Below are positions 13,463 through 23,548 of a DNA stretch of 64,000 nt, piece by piece. A program made the position numbers and the translations under genes. The DNA lies in assembly GCF_009914755.1 (NCBI RefSeq), contig NC_060946.1; one strand, written 5' to 3'. The notes under the pieces are model-generated. The model searched no databases. It was not told where the DNA came from and saw only the letters and a list, made by a program, of their open reading frames with translations. Numbering within the stretch: the first letter of the stretch is position 1; the number at the start of each line of letters is the position of its first letter. The DNA is from the human T2T-CHM13v2.0 reference genome, Homo sapiens.

Positions 13463-13516
13463 GTGTCAGTGCTAGATAGCCAAGGGAAAAACCCTTATAG
13501 AAGTTTTCAGGATCAG
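13463..13516 (+). other. Candidate 54-nt internal exon (splice signals only)
   Basis: Polypyrimidine acceptor ttttacctctttctag| ends at 13462 and donor cag|gtaagc starts at 13517. No transcript evidence is available. Confidence 0.3.
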
Positions 13517-16500
13517 GTAAGCCCTCGGCAGAAACTCAAAGCCTCACATGTCTCTGGCAGTCAGGAACGTGATGGAATCAGCATCGTCAATGGGAGTCTG
13601 GAATGTCAAGGAAGACAATGGAATGGAGAGGAATGGAGGAGTGTGGAATGGAGGAGAATGGAGTGTAGTGTAGTGTAGTGGAGTGGAGTGGAATGGAACG
13701 GAATGGAGTGGAGTGGAGTAGAGTGGAATGGAATGGAGAAGAGTGCAATGAAATGGAGTGAAGCGGTGTGGAGTGGGATGGAATGGATTGCAGTGGATGG
13801 GAGTGGAATGGAAAGGAGTGGAATGCAATGGAATGGACTGGAATAAAATGGAGTGGAACGTAAAGAAATGCAGTGGAATGAAATGGAGTGGAGTGGAGTA
13901 AAATGGAGCAAAGTAGAGTGGAGTGCAGAGGAGAGCAGTGGAGTGGAGTGTTGTGGATTGGAATGGAATGGAGTGGAATGGAATGCAGTGGATTGGAATG
14001 GATGGAGTGCAGAGGAGTGGAGTGGAGAGGAATGGAATGCCATGGAGTGGAGTGGAATGGAGTGGACAGGAGGGGAATGGATTGGAGTGGAAAGGAATGT
14101 ACTGGAGTGGAGTGGAATGGAATGGGGTGGAGTGAAATGGAATGGAGTGGAATGGATTAGAGTGGAGTGGAGTGGAATGGAATGGAATGCAATGCAAAGA
14201 GGTGTAATGGAATGGAATGGAATAGAATGCAATGCAATGGAGTGGAATGCAATGGAATGGAATGGAATGGAATGGAAGGGAATGGAGAAAAATAGAATGG
14301 AATGGAGGGGAATGGAATGGAATGGAGTGGAGTAGAACAGAGTGGAATGAAGGGCAATGGGGAGGAATGGAGGGGAATGGAGTGGAGTGGAATGGAAAGG
14401 AGTGGAAGGGAATGGAGGGTAAAGGAATGGAATGGATTGGAAAGGAGTGGTGTGGAATAGAGTAGAGTGGAGTGGAATGGAGTGGAGTAGAGTGGAGTGG
14501 AGTAGAATGCAGTGGATTGGAGTGGAGTGGAGTGGAATGGACAGGAAAGGAGGGGAGAGGACAGGAATGGAGTGGAGTGGAATGGAATGGAGAGGGATGT
14601 AATGGAGTGGAGTGGAGTGGAATGGAATGGAGTGGAGTGGAGAGGTGTGGAATAGAATGGAATGGAGTGGAGTGGAGTGGAAGGGAAGGGAATGGAGTGG
14701 AGTGGAATGGAGGGGAGTGGAATGGAAAGTAGTGGAATGGAATGGAATGGAGTGGAATGGAATGGAGGGGAGTAAAGTGGAAGATAGTGGAATGGCATGG
14801 AGTAGAATGCAATGAATTGGAATGGAATGGAGTGGAAATGAGTGGAATTTGTGGAGTGGAATAGAATTGAATGGAGTGGAGAGGAAAAGAGTGGAGAGGA
14901 AAAGAATGGAGTGGACTGGAAAAGAATGGAGTGGAGTGGAGTGGAAAGGAATGGAGTGGAGTGGAGTGGAAAGAAATGGAGTGGAATGGAGAGGAATGGA
15001 GTGAAATGGACTGGAATGGAATGGAGTGGAATGCAACGGAATGGAGTGTAATGGAATGGAGTGGAGTGTAATGGAGTGGAATGGAATGGAGTGGACTGGA
15101 ATGTAATGTAATAGAATGGAATGGAGTGGAGTGGAATGGACTGGAGTGGAATGGAATGGACTGGAATGGAATGCAGTGGAACGGAATGGAAAGGAGTGGC
15201 ATGGAATGGAGTGTAATGGAGTGGAATGTAGTGGAGTGGAATGGAATGCAGTGGAATGGAATGGAATGGAGTGTAATGGAGTGGAATGCAGTGGAGTGGA
15301 ATGGAATGCAGTGGAATGGAATGGAATGGAAAGTGGCGGAGTGGAGTGGAGTAGAGTGGGGAAGAATGGAATGGAATGGAGTGCAATCGAATGGAGAGGA
15401 ATGGAATGGAATGGAATGCAATGGAGTGGAATGCAGTGGAGTGCAGTGTAATGGAGAGGAATGGAGTGGAGTGGAATGGAGCGCAGTGGAATGGAATGGA
15501 GTGGAGTGCAGAGGACGGGAGTGGAGTGGAATGGAATCAACTGGAGTGGAGTGCAGAGGAATGGAGTGGAAAGGAGGGGAATGGAGTGAAGTGGAATGGA
15601 AAGGAGTGGAATGGATTGGACTGGAGTGGAGTGGACTGGAATTGAATGGAATGGAGTGGAATGGAATGGAATGCAATGGCGTGGAATGGAATGGAGAGGA
15701 ATGGAGCGGAAAGGAGTAGAGAGGAGTGGAGTGCAATGGAATGGAATGGAAAGGAATGGAATTGAATGGAATGGAATGGAATGGAGTGGAGTGGAATGTA
15801 GTGGAAGGGAGTGCAGTGGAAAAAAATGGAGTGGAATGGAGTTGAGTGGAATGGAGTGGAATGGAATTGAGAGTAAAGGAATGGAATGGAGTAGAATGGA
15901 GTGGTGTGGAATGGGGTGGAATGGAGGGGAATGGAGTGGAGACGAGTGGAGTAGAATGCATTGGATTGGAGAGGAGTGTAGAGGAGTGGAATGGATAGGA
16001 AAGGAGTGGAGAGGAGGGGAATAGAGTGGAGAGGAATGGAATGAAGATGAGTGAAATTGAATGGAGTGGAGAGAAGTGGAGTGGAGGTGAGTGGAGTGGA
16101 ATGGAATGGAATGGAGTGGAGTGGAATGGAATTGAGTGGAGTGGAGCAGAGTGTAGTGGAGTGGAATTGAATGGAGTGGAGTGCAATGGAATGGAGTGGA
16201 GTGGAATGGAATGGAGTGGAATGGAATGGAATCCAATGAAGTGGAGTGGAATGCAGTGGAACCGAATGGAATGGAATGGAATGCAACGTAATCCAATTGA
16301 ATGGAATGGAATGGTATGAAATGGAAAGGAGTGGAAACGAGGGGAAAGAAGAGGACTGGAACAGAAAGGAGTGGAATATAAAGGAATGGAGTGGAGTGGA
16401 GAGGACTGGAAGGGAGTGGAGTGGAGTGGAATGTAATGGAGTTTAGTGGAATGAAATGGAATGGAGTGCAGTGGAGTGGAATGGAGTGGAGTGGAATGGA

Positions 16501-19500
16501 ATGGAGTGGAGAAGAATGTAATTGAGTGGAGTGGAGTGGAATGGAACGGAATGTGGTGGAAATGAATGGAATGGAATGGAATGGAGTGGAGCGGAGTGGA
16601 CTGGAATGGAATTGAGTGGAATGGAGAGGACTGGAGTGCCGTGGAGTGTAGTGGAGTGGGGTGGAATGGAAGGGAATGGAATGCAGTGGAGAGGAAAGGA
16701 GGTAAGTGGAATTGAGTGGAGTGGAGGGGAATGGAGTGGGATGGAATGCAGTGGAATGGAATGGATTTCAATGCAATAGAGTGTAGTGGAGTTCAGTAGA
16801 ATGGAGTGGAGTGGAGTGAAATGGTATACAATGTAGTGGAATGGAGTGGAATGGAATGAAGTGGAGTGGAATGGAAAGGAGTGGAGCGAAATTGATTGGG
16901 GTGGAATGGAATGGAGGGGAGTGGAATGGAATGGAATGGAGTTTAGTGTAGTGGAATGGAGTGGAGTGCAATGGAATGGACTGCAGTGGAATGGAATGGG
17001 TGGAGTGGAATGGTATGGAATGGAGTGGAAATAAATGCAGCTGAGTGGAATGGAATGGAGTGTAATGGAAGGGAGGGGAAAAGAATGGAATGCAGTGGAA
17101 TGGAATAGAGTGGAGTCTAATAGAATGGAGTGGAGTGGAATGGAGTTTAGTGGAGTGGAGTGGTGTGTATTGGAATGGAGTGGAATGGAATGGAGTGGAA
17201 TGCAGTGGAATGGAATGGAATGGAGTGGAGTGGAGCGGAATGCAGTGGAGTGGAATCGAATGGAGAGGAGTGGAATTGAATCAAGTAGAGTTGAGTGGAA
17301 TGGAGTGGAATGAAATGGAATGGAGTGCCGTGGATTGGATTGGAGTGGAATGGAGTGGAGTGAAACGGAATGGATTGGAGAGAAATAGAATGGAGTGGAG
17401 TGGAGCGGAGTGGAATTGAACGAAGTGGAGTGGAGTGGAATGGAATGTACTGGCGTGGAATGGATTGTAGTGGAATGGAGTGAAGTGGAATGGAATTGGG
17501 AGGAATGGAAAGGAATGGAATGGAGTGGTATGGAATGGAGAGTAATGGAGTGGAATAAAGTGGAATGGAATAGGTTGCAATGGGATTGAATGGAGTGGAG
17601 TGGAATGGAGTGGAATGGAATGGAATACGATGGAATGGAATTAAAAGGAGTGGAGTGAAGTGGAAAGGAATGGAGTGAAAAGGAATGGGAAGGAGGGGAA
17701 TTGAATGGAGTTTAGTGGAGTGGAGTGGAGTGCAGAGGAATGGAGCGGAATGGAATGGATTGGAGTGGAGTGGAGAGGACTGGAATTTAATGGAATGAAG
17801 GGAATCGAGTGGAATGGAGTGGATTGGAATGGACTGAAATGGAATGCAATGCAGCGGAATAGAATAGAGTGGTATGGAAAGGATAGGAATGGAGTGGAAT
17901 GGAATAGGTTGGAATGGGATTGAATGGAGTGGAGTGGAATGCAGTGGAATGGCATGGAATGGAATGGAATGGTGTGGAATGGAATTAAGTGGAGTGGAGT
18001 CAAATGGAATGGAGTGGAGTGGAATGGAATGGGAAGGAGTGGAATTGAATGGAGTTTAGTGGAGTGGAGTGGAGTGGAGAGGAATGGAGTGGAGTGCAGT
18101 GGAGTGGACTGGAATGGAATGGAGTGGAATGGAATAGAGAAATGGAGTGGAATGGAGTGGAGCGGAGTGGAATGGAGGGGAGTGGAGTGGACTGAAGCGG
18201 AATGCAATGGAGTGGAATGGAATGGATAGGTGTTGAGTGGAATGGAATGAAGTGCAGAGGAGTTGACAGAAGTGTAGTGTAGTGGAGTATGGAGGGGTAA
18301 AATGGAATGTAGTGGAGTGGAAAGAAGTGAAAGGGAGTGGAGTGGAGTGGAATGGAGTGGAGAGGATTTGAGTGGAATGGAATGAAATGGAATGGAGCAG
18401 AATGGAATGGAATGGAGTGGAGAGGAATGGAGTGTAATGGATTGGAGTGGAGTAGACAGGATTGGAGTGGAGTGAAGTTGAGTGGACTGCAGGGGAGTGG
18501 AATGGAATGGAATGAAGTTGAGTGGAGTGAAGCGGACGGGAGTAGAGTGTGGTGGAGTGGACTGGAGTGGAGTGGAGTGTAATAGAAAGGAATGGAATGG
18601 AAAGGGGTGGAGTGGAATGAAATGTAGTTGAGAGAAATAAAATGGAATGGAGTGGAGTGGAGTGGAATAGAGTGGAGAGGAATTGAATGGAGCATACTGG
18701 AATGCAAAGGAGTGGAATGCAGAGGAGTCAAGAGGAACAGAGTGCAGTGAAGTGGAATGCATTGGAATGGAGTGGAATGAAATGGAACAGAGTGGAATGG
18801 AATGGAGTGGAGTGGGGTGAAATTGAATGGAGTGGAGTTTAATAGAATGGAGTGAAGTGCAATGAAATTTAGTTGAGTGGAATGGAATGGAGTGGAGTGG
18901 AGTGGAATGGAGGGTAGTGGAATGGAATTGAGTGGATTGGAGTGGAGTGGAGTTTAGTGGAATGGAATGGAATGGAATGGAGTGGAGTGGAGTGGAATGG
19001 AGTGGAGTGGAGTGGAATAGATTGGCGTGGATTGGAATGCAATTGAGTGGAGTGCAGTTGAATGGAACGGAATGGAGTGGAAATGAGTGGAATGGAATGG
19101 AATGGAGAGGAGTGGAGTGGATTGCAATGGAATTGAGTGGAATGGAGCGGAAAGGAGTGCAGTTGAGCATAGTGGAGTGGATTGGAATGGAATGGAATGG
19201 AGTGGAGTGGAGTGGAAGGTAGTGGGGTGGAATGGAGTGGAGTGGAGGGGAATGGAGTGGGATGGAACTGAGTGGAATGGAATGGAGTGCAATGGAATAG
19301 AGTGGAGTGGAGTAGAGTGGAGTGAAGTGGAGTGAAAGAGAATAGAATGAAGTGCAATGGAGTAGAATGGAAAGGAGTAGAGTGGAATGGAAAAGAGTGA
19401 AGTGGAGTGAAATTGGAGTGGAATGGAATGGAGTGGAGTGGAATGTAATATAATGGAGTGGAGTGGAGCAGAATGGAGTGGAGTGGAATGGAATGTATTC

Positions 19501-22500
19501 ACGTGGAATGTAATGGGTGGAAGGGAGTGGAATGGAAAGGAGTGGAGTGGAATGGAGTGGCAAAAAATGCCGCTGAGTGGAATGGAATGGAGTGGCGTGG
19601 AGTGGAGTGGAGTGGAGTGGAATGGAGTGGAGTGAAATGGAATGGAGTGGAGTGGAATGGAGTGGAGAGTAATGGAGAGGAATGGAGTGGATTAGAATGG
19701 AATGAAGTGAAGTCGAGTGGAATGGAGTATAATGGTGTGGAATGGATTTGAGTGGAATGGAGTGGAGTGGAATGGAATGGCGTGGAATGGAATGGAAAGG
19801 AATGGAGTGGAAGGGAATGGAATGGAATGGAATGGAACGGAGTGGAAGGGAATGGAATGGAATGGAATGGAGAGGAATGGAGTGGAATAGAGTGCAGTGG
19901 AGTAGAAAGGAGAGGAATGCAATGGATTGGACTAGAATGGAGTGGAGTGGAGCGGAATGGAGTGGAGTGGAATGTAGTGGAGTGGAATGGATTGGAGTGG
20001 AATTGAAAGGAGTGGAGTGGAGTGCAATGAAGTAGAGTGGAATGCATTGGAGTGCAGTGGAGTGGAGTGGAACGGAATGGCATGGAATGGAGTGAAATGG
20101 AGTGGAGTGGATTGGAATGGAGTGGAGTGGGATTGTATGGAATGTAGTGGAGTGCCATGGAATGGAATGGAATGGAATGGAGGTGAATGGAGTGAACTGG
20201 AGTAGAAAAGAGAGGAATGCAAAGGAGTGGACTGGAATGGAGTGGACTGGAGAGGAATGGATTGGAGTGGAATATAGTGTAGTGGAAAGGATTGGAGTGG
20301 AATGGAATGGAGTGGAGTGGAGTGGAATGAAGTGGGGTGGAGAGGAGTGAATTAGAGTGGAATGGAGGGGTGTGCAGTGGAGTGGAGTGAAATGGAATGG
20401 GGTGGGGTGTAGTGGAATAGAATGGAGTGGATTGTAATGGAGGGGAGTAGGATTGTATGGAACGGAGTGGAGTGGAATGGAAAGCAATTGAATGGAATAG
20501 AATGGAATGGATTAGAATGGAATGGAATGGAATCCAATGGAATGGAGTGGAATCGTGTGGAAGAAATGGAGTGGAATGGAGGGGAATGGAGTGGATTGGA
20601 ATGGAAAGGAGTGTAATGGAATGAAATAGAGTGGAGTGCATTGGAGTAGAATGGAATGGAATGGAGTGAAGTGGAGTGTAGTGGAATGAAATGGAATGGA
20701 GTGGAATGGATTCGAATGTAGTGGAGTGGAGTTGAAAGAAGTGGAGTGGAATGGTATGGAATGAAGTGGAATGAAATGGAATAGAGTGGAGTGGAATGCA
20801 ACAGAGTTCAGTGGAAATGATTGGAATGGCATGGAGTTGAGTGGAATGGAATAGAGTGGAATGGAATGGAGTGGAATGAAATGGAATGTAGTGGAATTTA
20901 ATGGAGTGGAGTGGTGTGGAGTAGAATAGAATGTAATGCAGTGGCATGGAGTGGAGGGCAGTGGAGTGGTGTGGAATGGAGTGGAGTGGAATGGAATGGA
21001 GTGGAGAAGAATGAAACGGGCTAGAGAGGAGTGGAATGGAGGGGATTGGAGTGGAATGGAGTGGAACTGAATGGAGTGCAGTGGAGTGGAAAAGAATGCA
21101 GTGGAGTAGCGAGGTGTGGAGCGGAACGGATTGGAGTGGAGTGGAATGGAGTGGAGTGGATTGGAATGGAGGGTAGTGGATTGGAATGGAATGCAATGGA
21201 TTGCACTGGAATGCAATGGAGTGGAATGCAGTGGAGTGGAGAACAGTGGAATGGAGTAGAGTGGAATGGAAAGTGGTGGAGTGGAATGGGATGGAGTGGA
21301 ATGGGATGGAGTGGAATGGACTGGAGTGGAATGCAATGGAATACAGTGAAATGGAGTGGATTGGAGTTCAGTGGAATCTAGTGGAGTGGAGTTGAATGGA
21401 GTGGAGTGAAATGGAATGGAGTGGAAAGGAATGTAATGGATGGGAGAGGAATGAAATATAATGGAGGGTGGTGGAATAGAATGGAAGAGAAAGGAATGGA
21501 ATGGAATGGAATGGAATGTAGTGGAATGGAATGGAAAGGAGTTGAATGGAATGGAGTGGAAAGGTATGAAATCGAATGGAGTGGAATGGAGGGGAGTGAA
21601 ATGCAGTGGAATGGAAAGGATTGGAATCTATTGGAATGTAGTGGAGTGGAGTGGAGTGGACTGGAATGCAATAGAGTGGAGTGGAATGCAATAGATTGGA
21701 GTGGAGTGGACTGGAATGGTGTGGAGGGGAATGGAGTGGAGTGGAATGGAATGAAGTGGAGTGGAATGTAATGGACGGGAGTGGAGTGGAAAAAAATGGA
21801 GTGGAGGGCAAATTACCGGAATAGAAAGTTGTTGAGTGGAATGGAATGGAGTGGAAAGGAATGGAGAGGAATGAAATGGAATGCAGTGGAATCGAATGGA
21901 ATGGAGTGGAATAGAATGATGTCGTGTTGAATGGAGTGGAGTGGAATGCAGTGGAATGGAATGGAGTGGTGTGGAATGGAGTTTAGTGTAACAGAATGTA
22001 GAGCAGTGGAATATAATGGAGTGAACTGGAGAGAAGTGGAGTGGAATGGAGTAGAATGGAGTGGTGCGGAGTTTGGGGAGTGGACTTCAGTGGAATGGAA
22101 TGCAGTGGAGTGGAATGAAGTGGAGTTGAGTGGAGTGAATTGAGTGCAGTGGAGTGGAATGGAGTTGAGTGGAATAGAGTGGAGTGGAGTGGAGTGGAAT
22201 GGAGTGCAGTGTATTGGATGGGAGTGGAGTGCGGTGTAGTGGAATGCAATGGAGTGGAGTAGAGTGGAATGGTGTGGAGTGGAATGGTGTGGAGTGGAAT
22301 GGAATGGGGTGGTATGGAATGGAGTGGAATGAGTGGAGTGGAATGGAATGGATTGGAGTGGAATAGAAGAGAGTGGAATAGAATGGAGTGATATGGAGTA
22401 GAGTGGAGTGGAATAAAATGGCGTTGAATGGGATTGAATGGAGTGGAGAGCAGTGGAATGGATTAGAGCGGAATGGACTTAGAAGGATTGGAATTGAATG

Positions 22501-22555
22501 GAGTGGAGTGGAATGGAATGAAATACAATGGAATGGAATTCAATGGAAAGGAATA

Positions 22556-22610
22556 GAATGGAATGGAATGGAATGGAATGGAATGGAATGGAATGGAATG
22601 GAATGGAATG
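22556..22610 (+). repeat. Pure (GAATG)11 run
   Basis: Uninterrupted pentamer run read directly. Confidence 0.85.
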
Positions 22611-22950
22611 GAGTGGAAAGAAAAGGAGTGGTTTGGAGCAGAATGGAGAGGATTGGAATGGAGTGGAGTGGAACGGAGAGTAGTGGAATGAATTGGAGTG
22701 GAGAAGATTGGATTGGAGTGAAGTGGATTGGAGTGGAATGAAACGGAGTGGAGGAGAATGGAATTGAGCGGAGTGGAATGGAATAGAGTGGAGTGGAATG
22801 CAGTGGAATGGACTGGAGTGAAATGGAATGGAATGGAACCGAATGGAATGGAGAGGAATCGAGTTGAATGCAGGGGAGTGGAGTAAGGTGGAATTTAGTG
22901 GAATGGAATGCAATCGAATGGAATGGAATGTAGTGGAACGGAATGCAACA

Positions 22951-23021
22951 GTTAAATGAAATGTGAGCTGAGATTCTACATTGCACTCCACCGTGGATGT
23001 CACAATGAGATCCTGTTGAAA
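22951..23021 (+). mobile_element. AluJ-derived 3'-end fragment embedded in satellite, copy 1
   Basis: gttaaatgaaat-gtgagctgagattctacattgcactccaccgtggatgtcacaatgagatcctgttgaaa aligns to the Alu 3' end GTGAGC...CACTGCACTCCAGCCTGGGCGACAGAGCGAGACCCTGTCTCAAA. Confidence 0.85.
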
Positions 23022-23477
23022 TCATGCAATGTAATGCAATGGATTTAGAATCTACTAAAATGGAATGGAGTGGAGTGGCGTAGAGTGGATTGTACTGGAG
23101 TGGAATGGATTGGTTTGGATTGTTATGAAATGGAATGAAATGGAGTGAAGTGGAGTGGAATGGAATGGAATGGAGTAGAATAGAATGGAAAGGAATAGAG
23201 TAGAATGGAGTGGAATTAAGTGCAATGGAATGCAGTGAAATGGATTGGAATGGAGTGTAGAGGAATGGAAAGGAGTGGAATGGAACGGAGTGCAATGGAA
23301 TGAATTTGAGTGGATTGCAGTGGAGTTGAGTGCAGTGGAATGGAATGGAATAGAGTTCAGTGGAGTGGAATGTAGTGGAGTGGAATGGAATGGGAAGGAA
23401 TGGTATTGAATGGAGTGTAGTGTAGTGCAGTGTAGTGGAGTGGAGTGGAGTGGAATGGAATAGAATGGAATATAAAT

Positions 23478-23548
23478 GTTAAACGAAATGTGAGCTTGGA
23501 CTGTGCACTGCACTCCAACGTGGCTGAAAGATTGAGAACCTGTTGAAA
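23478..23548 (+). mobile_element. AluJ-derived 3'-end fragment embedded in satellite, copy 2
   Basis: gttaaacgaaat-gtgagcttggactgtgcactgcactccaacgtggctgaaagattgagaacctgttgaaa. Ungapped 57/71 identity to copy 1 by hand count. Confidence 0.85.

Noticed and set aside
21808-21930. Irregular patches within the array (ggcaaattaccgg, gatgtcgtgttg; also ~29320-29365 and ~29535-29555)
   Set aside because: These are short, mostly still in pentamer register and match nothing I recognise. They are best explained as locally mutated satellite.
22951-23548. Repeat-spacer-repeat arrangement considered as CRISPR-like or as an LTR pair
   Set aside because: Eukaryotic context, only two copies, the repeats are Alu-derived and the spacer is plain satellite. 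There are no cas genes and no TG..CA termini.
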